DNA of 64,000 nucleotides. It comes from Candidatus Heimdallarchaeota archaeon. GTDB lineage: Archaea; Asgardarchaeota; Heimdallarchaeia; Heimdallarchaeales; Heimdallarchaeaceae. Shown here piece by piece: positions 34,984 through 45,603 of this stretch (the stretch's first letter is position 1; every line of letters starts with the position of its first letter). The translations under genes were made by a program, and so were the position numbers. The notes below the pieces were generated by a model. That model was not told the DNA's origin. It worked only from the letters and a program-made list of their open reading frames with translations, and did not search any database. The stretch spans positions 1 to 64,000 of the forward strand of contig JAUVXV010000008.1 of assembly GCA_030603365.1 (NCBI GenBank), written 5' to 3'.

Positions 34984-37284
34984 CTAGATTTTCTTCATTT
35001 CTTTCTCCTTAATTACAGCTAAACAGCTGTAGTAAAATCGATCAGTTTTATTAGAGTTCAAATATGTTTCAATTACCCTAGAAGCACTAAAACTTTGAGA
35101 TTTAATTAATGATCTGAGCATGATATCTGGAATCTTTCCATAAGTATCTTTTAACAAAGCCCACAAGAAAGTTGTATTCCTAGGAGAGGAGGAAATAAGT
35201 CGTAAAATCAATCTATTTACTTCAGTTTCATCCTTACTAGAAACTAGCTCTTTTATTAGAAGAAAACCCCAATAAAGTTTCTTCAGCTCTTCGTATTTCT
35301 CTACTAGTTCACTTGACCCTATTTTATAAATCATCAAACTTGCTGTAGTATCAGTTATAGATGTGGGGGCAGTATCAACCATTTTGAAGGGTGCAGACAA
35401 CACTTTCCAGTCAGGTTTGATTTCCCAAGGATATTTTACACCTATTTTCAAAAGTTGTTCTTGAATGAATAAGGAAATAGATTCTCTTTCTCCTAATTCT
35501 AAAGTCTGTGATTGTTTTAATAGTTGCTTCTTCAATTTATCTGAAACAAGATTAGTGCAAGCTAGATGTCTCTTTTCTGATGGACTTAGACTATCCATAA
35601 CCCATCTTATCATTACTCTATCCCATGTTTCTACTCTCTTTATTTGAGTGAAAACGGGTATACAACTCAACCAAAACCGTTTTTCAGAGGTAGAATCCAT
35701 ATAAAACTGCAATTTTCTACTGTTTTCAAGAGCTTTTGATCCTTTCAGAGTTCGGATTATATCCTCTGTTAAGAAATCAAATGCATTAAGATGCAATGTC
35801 AGTAACAGAGCTATTTCTTTAGGATCAACATTTGACCTTATTCTTTGTAGAACGTAATTACTGAAATTTTTTGATTCTTGCTTGTCGATTAGATTTTCTA
35901 TGTAATTTGGTATCCAAGTACTGATTTTCTGCTGCTTTAGTTTTCGAAGCAATTTCTTCTTTTTAGAATCAAAAACTATCATTGAGACTAAATAAGAATC
36001 TAAGTTTTTTAGTGAAGAAAGTTTTTCTGCTGAACTATATTCTCGAATTAATTCTTTCCAATTTACTTTAGGTAGAAAGGGATACTGAGCTATCTGATTA
36101 AGTTCATTCATCACGAAAAACTTGAGCATATTATTCTTAACTGCTGTTTTTGTAATATGATGGTTTTCTATCTTCTCTTCTACTAAAGTTTTCATCTTTC
36201 CTTTTAGAACATCTACTAGAATCAAATTATACATGAAAGAAAATTCTTCTTTGTTTTTCAACCATAAGGGAATTAACATATCCCATTTCCAGATAGTTAC
36301 AGGAAGAGTCAGAGGTAAATCTGTTAAGAACGCATCCCCTTCATCAAATAATATCTTAGTATTTCCATGCTTTAGAATTTGAATGTCCTTCTTTTTATTG
36401 AAGTACATATAGTAGAAGACATTCTTATTGAAAGAGATACTTTCAACTGTTTTTTCTTCATCATCTAATTGGATTTTGAATGGATTGTCTGTTTTAGGAT
36501 CATAGATGAACTTCTTTATGTTCTTTATTGAACAGTTGTAATTTGTATTAGATTGATTGAATTTCTCAATCATCTCCATTCTCATCTCAGCTGATAGTTC
36601 GGTGACTTCTCCTTTCTTCTTATGTTTGGGAGCTTTTCTATAAACGGTTGATCCTTCTGATACAAGCTTGTATAAAGTTAGCTTATTCCCAATTAGCTTA
36701 TTTAGATAAAGTGTCTCATTTACTAAGCTGCTATACCATTTAGAATTCATACTTGAAGCCTGGAGTAGAGAATGGTCTATAACTGAAACATATTCATTGT
36801 TTTCAAGATTTATTCCATTTATCTTGTAAATTTGACCATAGTATTTTCCAGAACCATAAGAAGATCGTCCTATACCTTGGATTTCTAAAGGAAGAAGCTC
36901 TAAAATATCTGTTTGCTTAATATTGATTGGTTTTAATAAATCACTCTTCTCTCTTCTGTTAAAGTCATTATGTTTGACAAACTTCGATTTGATAGTTATT
37001 ATAGTCTGATGGAGCATACTTGTTATTAAGGCCAATTCTTCTCTTTCCAATCTAGACCATTCTTTTTTGTTTTCTTTTATCAGGTCTAACAAGCCGTTGG
37101 TTTTTTCAGTTAAATACTTAAGATTTAGTTTTTCTATTTTTTCAAGGAAATCAGTCAATGCCTTAAGATCTGCCTTTTCTAAAGAATCGGCTCCTACTAG
37201 AATAATTTTCATAATTATATTTTCCAAAGGAGAAAATAGATCTTCAATCTGAAGTGTTTCTTGTGCTGTTATTGTCAGTTCCAT
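34984..37284 (-). CDS. Large hypothetical protein, last gene of MoxR/VWA operon. N-terminus resembles 37286-38554
   Basis: Starts 1 nt after the previous stop. N-terminal helical segment KIILVG...K.DL..L resembles KVFLNG...KENL..L. Confidence 0.6.
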   Translation of the reverse strand: MELTITAQETLQIEDLFSPLENIIMKIILVGADSLEKADLKALTDFLEKIEKLNLKYLTEKTNGLLDLIKENKKEWSRLEREELALITSMLHQTIITIKSKFVKHNDFNRREKSDLLKPINIKQTDILELLPLEIQGIGRSSYGSGKYYGQIYKINGINLENNEYVSVIDHSLLQASSMNSKWYSSLVNETLYLNKLIGNKLTLYKLVSEGSTVYRKAPKHKKKGEVTELSAEMRMEMIEKFNQSNTNYNCSIKNIKKFIYDPKTDNPFKIQLDDEEKTVESISFNKNVFYYMYFNKKKDIQILKHGNTKILFDEGDAFLTDLPLTLPVTIWKWDMLIPLWLKNKEEFSFMYNLILVDVLKGKMKTLVEEKIENHHITKTAVKNNMLKFFVMNELNQIAQYPFLPKVNWKELIREYSSAEKLSSLKNLDSYLVSMIVFDSKKKKLLRKLKQQKISTWIPNYIENLIDKQESKNFSNYVLQRIRSNVDPKEIALLLTLHLNAFDFLTEDIIRTLKGSKALENSRKLQFYMDSTSEKRFWLSCIPVFTQIKRVETWDRVMIRWVMDSLSPSEKRHLACTNLVSDKLKKQLLKQSQTLELGERESISLFIQEQLLKIGVKYPWEIKPDWKVLSAPFKMVDTAPTSITDTTASLMIYKIGSSELVEKYEELKKLYWGFLLIKELVSSKDETEVNRLILRLISSSPRNTTFLWALLKDTYGKIPDIMLRSLIKSQSFSASRVIETYLNSNKTDRFYYSCLAVIKEKEMKKI

Positions 37285-37285
37285 T

Positions 37286-38554
37286 TTATCTACTCCTAAA
37301 TTTCATTTGATTTAAGGAGAAATCACATGCTTCTATTATTCTATAATCTGAGAGCATAACACCTAAAGGCCAGATCCCACTGATAGGCCAAAATGACATA
37401 TTTCCATCAGAAGCGATTCTTGCTTGTCCGAAAATCCAAGGTGGAAAGGTTTCAGAACTAATCAAATCCTTAAAAGTCTCAATAGTGTAATGATTTCTTC
37501 CCTTATCAGATATAGTTACATCCATGGAATTGTAGTTCTTGTCATATACTTTGAAGGAGTAAGTTCTTTCTATATCATCATGTTTCATCTCTGAGAACCG
37601 TTTGATTTTAAATAACCCAAACAGCTGGGGGAAGAGGGAGAGACCTTCTGATTCTATATTATGAATATGTTCCTGGACTTCTATCCAATCATCGTATTTG
37701 ATTGTTTTAAATTTGCTAGAGATCCAAGGAAGAGCTTTGTATCTGAAAAGTTTAAGATACTTTCCAAGAGATAGTTTTGATGGATAAGCTTGGGTTATTT
37801 TTGCATTCCAGATTTGAAACGAAGCACTAGTAAATTCGTTCATTGAGATGTCAGAGTTTGTATTAATGTTGAGAATGGTTTCAATATTTCTCAGCTCACT
37901 GTTTGCTGAGGAAGATGATGATCTTCGACTTCGTCTATACCTATTTCTGTCCATATATTTCATTGCAGTCAAAGGTCTAGCATTTGTTGCAGCAATAATT
38001 TGTCTATTACTCAAATCATAGAGATAAGCTGTAACTCCTACAAAACCAGATTCTGTCATCCACCCACTAACTCCCAAGGTTTGAGCTATAATCTTCTTGT
38101 ATTCTTTCTTTTCATCTTGAGTGCCAGTAAGAAGTTTTATCAAGCGAGGAGACAGTTGCTTACCATTTTTGTAGTCTCTAATTGTTTTACAAGTTATAGC
38201 TATTCTAGATAAGATAGAAGTTATTCTGCTAAAATTAAATGTCGGATCTTTGTTGAGATAAAGTTCCATAATCTTTTTGAGCGATTGTATATCGCGTTCA
38301 AGTCTTGCTACTTTTGTCGTATGAGCAGTTATAATCAAAGCCTGTAATTCATCTAGGTTCTCTTTTGATATTCTTTGCACACCGTTCAAAAAAACTTTAC
38401 TAAACCAATCATTGATTTTGTTCAAAGCTGTTTCTATATTTTCAGGTAATTCAACAGGTTGAATTATTTCTTCCTCAGTCTCTTCAAGAATCGAGAGATC
38501 CAATTCGGGGAGACTATTTTCTTCTTTTACTTGTATATTCTGTTCAGTGTTCAT
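37286..38554 (-). CDS. YehQ-like accessory protein of YehL-type MoxR operon (no SWIM finger seen)
   Basis: Operon position, helical N-terminus, LG..GW.T.SGF.GVT.YL.D.....RP motif. Confidence 0.55.
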   Translation of the reverse strand: MNTEQNIQVKEENSLPELDLSILEETEEEIIQPVELPENIETALNKINDWFSKVFLNGVQRISKENLDELQALIITAHTTKVARLERDIQSLKKIMELYLNKDPTFNFSRITSILSRIAITCKTIRDYKNGKQLSPRLIKLLTGTQDEKKEYKKIIAQTLGVSGWMTESGFVGVTAYLYDLSNRQIIAATNARPLTAMKYMDRNRYRRSRRSSSSSANSELRNIETILNINTNSDISMNEFTSASFQIWNAKITQAYPSKLSLGKYLKLFRYKALPWISSKFKTIKYDDWIEVQEHIHNIESEGLSLFPQLFGLFKIKRFSEMKHDDIERTYSFKVYDKNYNSMDVTISDKGRNHYTIETFKDLISSETFPPWIFGQARIASDGNMSFWPISGIWPLGVMLSDYRIIEACDFSLNQMKFRSR

Positions 38555-38557
38555 CTT

Positions 38558-39937
38558 TTATCGCCCCATATTTTCAGCTACCCATTCTGCTAGTTCTTTA
38601 GGTGAACTTACAGCTACCTTCATTCCAGCTTCTTCGACTTGTCGTGCTAACTCACGATCATAGTTTGCAATGTATTCATAGTCCAATGCAGCTAGACCAA
38701 TCATCTTTGTACCTGAAGCTTGTAATTCTCTAACTGTCTGAATTAGTCTGTTTTTATTTCCTCCTTCATAGAAGTCAGTTAGTAAGATGAACAATGTTCT
38801 TTCAGGAGTTTCTACTTTTTTCGCGGAATATTCAACTGCTTTTGCTATATCCGTACCTCCACCCAGTTGAACTCTCATCAAGACCTCTACAATATCCTCA
38901 ATTTGATTTGACAAATCAACAACTCTTGTATCAAATACAACTAGAGACACATCGACATTTGGTAAAGCAGCAAAAATACCTGCCATTACAGATGAATAAA
39001 TCACAGAACTTGTCATACTTCCAGACTGATCAATCACTAGAATAATGTGATATCTGAGTTTATTCCTTCTCTCCCAGAAGAATACTCTTTCAACAATAAG
39101 CTTATCCAGTTCTTTATCATAATTCTTAAGATTGTAGCTAATGGTTCTTTTCCAGTCTGTAGAACTAAATCTTTTGTGTGGAGAGTGCTCATTTCTATGA
39201 ATTTGACCTAGAAGAGCAGGTTGAACTTCTAAGAATATTTTTTCAGCAATCTGATCTGATATTTTTCGAATGATTTTTTTAGCTTTTTCAAGTACATCTG
39301 GTTTCATTAGATTCTTAAATTCAAGTATAGCCTTAAGCAAATCAAAATCAGGTTCAATCTGATCTAATATATCTGGATCAACAACAAGTTGTGAAAGTTT
39401 GTATCTATGAATTGCATCATTTTGTAATATCTTAGTAGCAGCTTCGGGAAATAGTTCCTTTGCATTATTAATCCAACTGGGTATTGACAAACCACTTGAT
39501 GATCTTCCAGCTGATTTAGGACCAGTATTTGGATCATCTCTCATTTCGTATTCCCTTTGATAAAGGAAGGATAAAGTAGAATCCATTTGCTTCAAAGCTT
39601 CTATTCCAGCTTTACTATCAGACCCTCCTGTACCTCTTCTTCCTTTTGGTCCAGGTTGTTTCATTCCTTTATTTCTTGTATTGGAAGGTTGTGGAACTGG
39701 TTTTCTTTGACCTTGAGCTGACTGCTTTGGTTTGGTTTTATTCATATCTTGTCCAGGAGCTTGATGTTCTCTTTTTTGGTCTGTCATCTTCTCTCTTGGA
39801 CCAAGTAGAGATTCTTCTCTTTGCTTATCTTCAAAATCAAGTTGTTTGTAACTATATTTTCCTAAAACCAATCGCCATCTATTCATATCATTTTTCAACA
39901 TTTCTTCTAATTCATTCTCAGATATCATAAGCCCCAC
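38558..39937 (-). CDS. VWA (CoxE/YehP-like) domain protein
   Basis: RWRLVLG, L.FLY.RE, DWKRTI..NLKNY, MIDAS DQSGSM, VQLGGGTDI..A, LTDFYEGG. Confidence 0.9.
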   Translation of the reverse strand: MGLMISENELEEMLKNDMNRWRLVLGKYSYKQLDFEDKQREESLLGPREKMTDQKREHQAPGQDMNKTKPKQSAQGQRKPVPQPSNTRNKGMKQPGPKGRRGTGGSDSKAGIEALKQMDSTLSFLYQREYEMRDDPNTGPKSAGRSSSGLSIPSWINNAKELFPEAATKILQNDAIHRYKLSQLVVDPDILDQIEPDFDLLKAILEFKNLMKPDVLEKAKKIIRKISDQIAEKIFLEVQPALLGQIHRNEHSPHKRFSSTDWKRTISYNLKNYDKELDKLIVERVFFWERRNKLRYHIILVIDQSGSMTSSVIYSSVMAGIFAALPNVDVSLVVFDTRVVDLSNQIEDIVEVLMRVQLGGGTDIAKAVEYSAKKVETPERTLFILLTDFYEGGNKNRLIQTVRELQASGTKMIGLAALDYEYIANYDRELARQVEEAGMKVAVSSPKELAEWVAENMGR

Positions 39938-42321
39938 TCTCCAAATTTTTCTTCTACAACTTGATCTGCAAACTCTAGAATATTAGCAAGTTTCTCACTT
40001 ATTTCAATACTTTCAATTTCCGCCATATCGCGCTTCTTAGCAACATTGGAAGCAATTATATCAATCTCCTTTGGAGAGAATAACGAAAACGACCTTCTCA
40101 GTATAGGTAGTACAATCAAGAAGTCTTTTTCAGGTAACAAACAAATCATATCATCTATTGTATTTAAGAACGATTTCCGTAAAATCATTATTTCTCTACA
40201 AACTGTAAACAATCCATAGAGATAATTTCCTCCATCAACAGCTGATCCTCCAAGTGTATAACCGTTTATTTCTCGAGATAAAGTCGCGGTGTCCATAACT
40301 TTGAATGAATAAAGGACACCTGCTAATGCTCCTCTAACTGCATAATTTCCTTTTGAATCTTTGACCGCAGATTGTATTTGTGAAACATATAGATCTTTAT
40401 CTATTGGCAAATCTGTGAATGATAAAACGAAATTAGTTAGAGCTTTTATCTTCTCAATTATTATCTCTTCTTCCTCTTCAGAAACTGTGAGAATGCTTGG
40501 TATAAGAAAAGCTGCTCTGATGTAAGCCCTATGTATTAGTTTGAGTAATGGTTTGTATCCTTCAGTAAGAAGGGATTCTTGAAAATTGTAGAGTGAAACT
40601 AGTTGGTATAAAGCTTGAACTAAACTCTTGAAATTCCTATCTTTATCAATGGTGTCTATGAGTTTGTCTCCTAATTCATTCAACAGTTCTATTAACCCCA
40701 TTTGGGCTGCATTCAACAGAAGTTCACTAGCTACACTTGATTCAGTGGTGGAAGCAAATTTCTCTTTTAGTAGTGTTAAACATGCATTTCGAACAGTGTT
40801 TCCTAAGCTTATTAATTGAATAAGTTTCAATTCTACATTTCTATTGTATGCTACATTCCATTGTTCTGCCAGTAAGTGCATATCTTCTTTCTTGACGAGA
40901 TTAGGACCTTTGACCATTTCTGCAAAACCAGATTCTAAAAACACATTCTGATGTAAAAATTGGGATTTCTGCTTCATACTACTTTTTTGGTAAAGATTGA
41001 CTCTCAACAGCTTTGTAGTTGCTACGAGATTGATTCTTAATTTCTTAGCTTGATACTGAAAATCAGCAAGAAGTGGTGTTGTAGATAAACTTGGGTCAAT
41101 CTCTCCAAATTCATTTCCTATAAAAATTTCATCCATTGCACGGTAAATAGCTTGTCCATAAATCTCATCATCTCCTTTAATATAGACAGTTTTAACAGCA
41201 TCAGCTAAATCATAGTATCCTGTATTGACTTTACCTCTGAATTTCCCAAGATTTTTTGCTACTCTAATGGCATGAATCCCATCAGCAACACTAACAACAG
41301 AACCAAATTCTCTAGCTTGATTCTTTACTTCTAATGCAAGCTCCAGATTTACTTTATCTAAATATTTTGTAGATTTTAATTTGATATTATTCCATATTTT
41401 ATCATAATATCTAGGTGCTGGATTACCTGAAGAATATCCTCTAGAGAGAGCTATTTGATCATAAGTATAAGGTACTGTGATGAAAACATTATCACCTTTT
41501 TTGATAGCTTGTTTCTTGCCTTTGATGAAAGGAAGAACTACAGAATGAAAGGCACCTGAAATTACTAGTAACTTACCTTTTCTATTTCCCTCAGGTAGCA
41601 AATTATATGCTCTACTTATTCTAAATTTCATATATGCTTCTCTTATCAGAGCTCCTTCAGCTTCAAGAAATTCCTCAGAGAGAGATTGACGTGCAACTAA
41701 ACCAAAAGCTAAAATTTTCCTCACGAAATCCTCAGGTTCCATTGAGAAATTAGTTTCAAACATTAATTCCCAGACTTCATGAAAGTTTCTACATCTTAGT
41801 TTCTGAGCGAGTTTAGTACCATATGCATTAAATTCGAATAATTTCTCTTCAGGATAGAATAAGGAGACTGGTGATTTTTTGAATCTATAAGGTATTAAAT
41901 TCCTTAATGGTAAATCAATAAATTCCACTTCAATATTTCTATCCTTAGCAATTTTCAATGCTCTATATTCAGGTGAATATGAAACCATTGGATGATAGCC
42001 TTCAAATCTTACAGGAATACTCTCATCAGGAGATAAGATCCCATTTAATTCAAACGTATTTTTCTTATCTACGAAAAATGAATGTAAAGCAACTGGTGGT
42101 TTTGTTTGATCAGAATACAGAATATCTAAGTTTGTTTCAGCTCCAGTTGGAAGCTCAATCAGTAGTTTAGTCGGTTTATACTTTTCTATTATCTTATCTA
42201 GATAAAAAGAGCAAGCAACTGAATGATGACGTATTGGAAAATACATTATTTCATCATTCATTATTTTCTCTACTTTATCCTTCACACCCTCCATCGTATC
42301 TATAGAGTTAGAATCATTCAT
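39925..42321 (-). CDS. DUF5682 / YehM-like protein
   Basis: FPIRHHS.AC, LIELP, YSPEY.AL, FIDLP, REAYM, GAFH, GY.SGNPAPRYY. Confidence 0.85.
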   Translation of the reverse strand: MNDSNSIDTMEGVKDKVEKIMNDEIMYFPIRHHSVACSFYLDKIIEKYKPTKLLIELPTGAETNLDILYSDQTKPPVALHSFFVDKKNTFELNGILSPDESIPVRFEGYHPMVSYSPEYRALKIAKDRNIEVEFIDLPLRNLIPYRFKKSPVSLFYPEEKLFEFNAYGTKLAQKLRCRNFHEVWELMFETNFSMEPEDFVRKILAFGLVARQSLSEEFLEAEGALIREAYMKFRISRAYNLLPEGNRKGKLLVISGAFHSVVLPFIKGKKQAIKKGDNVFITVPYTYDQIALSRGYSSGNPAPRYYDKIWNNIKLKSTKYLDKVNLELALEVKNQAREFGSVVSVADGIHAIRVAKNLGKFRGKVNTGYYDLADAVKTVYIKGDDEIYGQAIYRAMDEIFIGNEFGEIDPSLSTTPLLADFQYQAKKLRINLVATTKLLRVNLYQKSSMKQKSQFLHQNVFLESGFAEMVKGPNLVKKEDMHLLAEQWNVAYNRNVELKLIQLISLGNTVRNACLTLLKEKFASTTESSVASELLLNAAQMGLIELLNELGDKLIDTIDKDRNFKSLVQALYQLVSLYNFQESLLTEGYKPLLKLIHRAYIRAAFLIPSILTVSEEEEEIIIEKIKALTNFVLSFTDLPIDKDLYVSQIQSAVKDSKGNYAVRGALAGVLYSFKVMDTATLSREINGYTLGGSAVDGGNYLYGLFTVCREIMILRKSFLNTIDDMICLLPEKDFLIVLPILRRSFSLFSPKEIDIIASNVAKKRDMAEIESIEISEKLANILEFADQVVEEKFGEWGL

Positions 42322-42326
42322 CTACA

Positions 42327-43451
42327 TCACGAGAAGTATTTCTTCGAATTGTAGTACTGATCCCAAAGTTTGTTTTCGCTACCTCTTCGTTTAACAACAA
42401 GATCCCAGTATTGATTTAGTTTCTGAACATCTTCGATATTGTCTTTGATTACCGCTCCTTTAATATTAAGAGCTAAGTGTTCAGGTTTAACAATGCTATC
42501 TTGGTAGTACTTCGCATATAAGCCAGAGTTATAAGCTACTGAAACTGCTTCTGCAGTAGACATAACAGTGGATGGAATGTTTACTTTGATACCATCAGTG
42601 GTTTCTCCTTGTCGCAACTCATGGAAAGTTGTCACAAGTAATTCATAGATATCATGCGAAAAGTCAACTTTGACCTTATCTTGACCTAATAGATTCTTTG
42701 TCTGACTTTCAACGACCTCTATTTCCTCTTCTACACTTCCTATGGGAGCTACAGTTTCAAAATTAAATCTTCTTTTCAAAGCTGAACTCATTTCGTTGAC
42801 TCCCTTATCTCTAGTGTTAGCTGTTCCAATAATATTGAAACCTTTATTTGCTAGAAGAACCTCTTTTTCTCCCAATTCGGGAACAAGTAAGATTTTATCT
42901 GACAGAATACTAATGAGTGTATCTTGAATTTCTCTAGGACATCTGGTCACCTCTTCAAATCTAGTGATAACTCCTTCCTTCATCCCTACATAAACAGGAC
43001 CAGGAACAAGTGCTTTGTTTGAAGGACCTTCTGCCAAAAGTAGTGCATAATTCCAAGAATACTTTATCTGATCCTCTGTAACTCCAGCTGTTCCTTGAAT
43101 ACCATTCAGTGAGTTATTAGATATTCCAGCTGCGAGGTGTTCTGATAACCAGCTTTTAGCTGTGCCAGGTTCTCCAATCAAAAGTAAACCTCTATCTGAA
43201 GCGAGTGTTATAATGCTTCTTTGAACAAGAACATTATCTCCGTAAAACTTCCGAGAGATTTTGATTTTTTTAGTTTTATCTTTTACTTTATACTCATAGG
43301 TTTCATCAGATCCTAGAATAAATGTTTCAACCATTCTAGGACTTAAGTACCAGTTGTCTGGTTTTTCGTAAGTGTCATTCTGTTTTAAAGCTTCAATTTC
43401 CTCCCTGTTTCTTATTTCTGCTGGTTCACGAATTATCTTTTTTTTCGACAT
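42327..43451 (-). CDS. MoxR-family AAA+ ATPase, YehL subfamily
   Basis: Walker A GEPGTAKS, IQGTAG.TEDQIKYSWNYALLLA, RFEEVTRC, TANTRDKGVNEMSSALKRRFNF. Confidence 0.93.
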   Translation of the reverse strand: MSKKKIIREPAEIRNREEIEALKQNDTYEKPDNWYLSPRMVETFILGSDETYEYKVKDKTKKIKISRKFYGDNVLVQRSIITLASDRGLLLIGEPGTAKSWLSEHLAAGISNNSLNGIQGTAGVTEDQIKYSWNYALLLAEGPSNKALVPGPVYVGMKEGVITRFEEVTRCPREIQDTLISILSDKILLVPELGEKEVLLANKGFNIIGTANTRDKGVNEMSSALKRRFNFETVAPIGSVEEEIEVVESQTKNLLGQDKVKVDFSHDIYELLVTTFHELRQGETTDGIKVNIPSTVMSTAEAVSVAYNSGLYAKYYQDSIVKPEHLALNIKGAVIKDNIEDVQKLNQYWDLVVKRRGSENKLWDQYYNSKKYFS

Positions 43452-43580
43452 AGTGAATCATACAATAACATATAGTTCAGTATATAAACCACAATATTAC
43501 AGAAAGCATTCTAATCGAAAATTTCGCCTTATTAAGTGAATTATTTATATAGTGAAAACTCTCTAATATTTATTTGAGAG

Positions 43581-44600
43581 TTACTTTTTCATCTTGATTT
43601 TTTCATAGTTTGATTCCAATGCTTTCAAAAAATCACCTGGCATTTCAAGTAGCTTCTTAGGATCTAGTACTACTAGTTGAATTTGATATCTTCTATTCAA
43701 TCTATCTCTATGAATAATTGTCCAAGTAACAGGCTTTTCTAGTTCTTTTTCGAACTGTTTTTCTGTTTTTTCAATTGCTTTCACACATTCGCTATGACTA
43801 TCATCTGAGTGAGTTGCCCATTTGAGTGGGTAGGAGTATTCTGTTTCTCCAACTCTTCGACCATAAAGTATAATCTCTTTTATGTCACCTTTTTCATCTG
43901 GTGCTTCTACAACAGCTATACTTTCTATTTCTAATTCTCTCAATCTACTATTAGGGATAACAGAAGTTGATTCATCTGGTTGGAGGATGGTAATATAATT
44001 TATGGAAATTGTTTGAATTACACCTTCAACATTGATATCTGGGATGATAATATAGTCACCCACATTATGATGCTTACTGAAAACCATGTAAAGACCAGAT
44101 ATAAGGTCACCAACTGATCTAGCAGCAGCAATACCAAAAGCTGCACCTACAGTTGCTGCTACTCCTATTATTGAACCAGTAAAAGGTTCAAATTTGCTAA
44201 TATATGCTACCAGAAAAATCGGTAAAACAAGTGCTCTTAGCAGAACATGTAAAGTGTTGTGAATGTCAGGTGAAATTCTTTTTCTAATCGCATGTAAGAT
44301 CACATTAGCAACCCATAAAATCACTATTACACTGAAAGTATAGATAAAGAAATCATCTACATATTCGTTTAACAAACCATCAAAAGTGGCATAAGCTGGA
44401 GCTTCAGCCTTCAGTGTTTCATTACTAAAATACCACTCTTCGTTAAGTTTCATCCTATCATTATAAGCAATCTCAATTAGATTATCGTCTGAAACTTTTG
44501 CAGTTATGTAGATAGCTAATATAGAAATGAATAATATTGCTAAAATTCCAAAGAAAAAATATTTTCTTCTATTAGTTTTCATGTGATCTTTGAATTTCAT
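43581..44600 (-). CDS. mscS: Small-conductance mechanosensitive channel (MscS family)
   Basis: GAAFGIAA...GDLISGLY......VGDYI, EG.I..I.I.Y.TI......IPNS. The start is likely the ATG at 44600, because the longer ORF overlaps the upstream gene. Confidence 0.8.
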   Translation of the reverse strand: MKFKDHMKTNRRKYFFFGILAILFISILAIYITAKVSDDNLIEIAYNDRMKLNEEWYFSNETLKAEAPAYATFDGLLNEYVDDFFIYTFSVIVILWVANVILHAIRKRISPDIHNTLHVLLRALVLPIFLVAYISKFEPFTGSIIGVAATVGAAFGIAAARSVGDLISGLYMVFSKHHNVGDYIIIPDINVEGVIQTISINYITILQPDESTSVIPNSRLRELEIESIAVVEAPDEKGDIKEIILYGRRVGETEYSYPLKWATHSDDSHSECVKAIEKTEKQFEKELEKPVTWTIIHRDRLNRRYQIQLVVLDPKKLLEMPGDFLKALESNYEKIKMKK

Positions 44601-44656
44601 TTCATTCACTTTGCTAGAGGAAGAATGAAGGTTTTTAAGATTTGTCCTTAATATTG

Positions 44657-45568
44657 CTATTTTTTCTTGAACCACGGAATTATCATTGATACTTCCTTTT
44701 GATATTTTGAATAGTCCGGATAATGTTTTTTCAGCCTTTTTTCTATCATGGGAATACTTACAAAAGTAAATAAAATTATCATAGCAACAGGACCTGCAAA
44801 AGCCCACCAGTAAGATGTATCAGCTGCTAAAGCAAAGAAATACAATCCCCACCAGAAACTAATCTCCCCAAAGTAGTTGGGATGTCGGGATAAATTCCAA
44901 AGCCCGGTTTTCAGTAGTTCACCTGGTTGTTTCTTCTTATTGAAAGCATGTAATTGTTCATCCGCAAGTGTTTCGAAAAATATTGCTACTATAGTAAGGA
45001 TAATACCTATAATGTAAAATATATTATTTGATGCTATTGGAGTAGTAAATGCAGGTAGAAGTGATATACAACCTAGATAAACTATGATTGTAGGCATTAG
45101 CTGTAAACCAGTTATATTTATGAACCAGAATAATTTAGGCTTTTCTTCTCTGAATTGAGTATATCTCCAGTCTTCATGTTTTATCCCTTGCCATCCTCTT
45201 ACCCAATTATAGGTCAACCTTAAGCCCCACATACCTACTATAATAAGAATGATGAAATGAGTAGCTTCAAAACCAGATTCTAGTGCCCCTACAATGAACC
45301 AGTATATGGCAATTATAATTGGAATTACACTCCAATAAGGATCATATAAACTTGTATTTTGAATTATAATACTGATAAAGTATACAACTAATGTAGCTAT
45401 AATATCTGTTACTAGGATTAAGAGAAGAGGGTGCAAATAGTCGTAGAGAAAATAGCCAACAATAACAGCGATACCAATAGCTAGAATGTAAGAAAATGTA
45501 CATATAATAAGGGAGATCATTCTTTTTTTTCGTCTAGATTCATTTTCATCATTCATAATGAAATTCAA
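44657..45568 (-). CDS. DUF1295 (steroid 5-alpha-reductase-like) membrane protein
   Basis: N.SLYDPYWS, WGLRLT.NW, EDWRY, ADEQL..F, TGLW.LSRHPNYFGE..FWWG. Confidence 0.9.
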   Translation of the reverse strand: MNFIMNDENESRRKKRMISLIICTFSYILAIGIAVIVGYFLYDYLHPLLLILVTDIIATLVVYFISIIIQNTSLYDPYWSVIPIIIAIYWFIVGALESGFEATHFIILIIVGMWGLRLTYNWVRGWQGIKHEDWRYTQFREEKPKLFWFINITGLQLMPTIIVYLGCISLLPAFTTPIASNNIFYIIGIILTIVAIFFETLADEQLHAFNKKKQPGELLKTGLWNLSRHPNYFGEISFWWGLYFFALAADTSYWWAFAGPVAMIILFTFVSIPMIEKRLKKHYPDYSKYQKEVSMIIPWFKKK

Positions 45569-45603
45569 AGAAAATCACTTCAATATAATTCTTTCTAAGG
45601 TGT

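Noticed and set aside
44601-44807. Cys-rich N-terminal extension of MscS
   Set aside because: Overlaps the DUF1295 gene in another frame. The true start is probably 44600.
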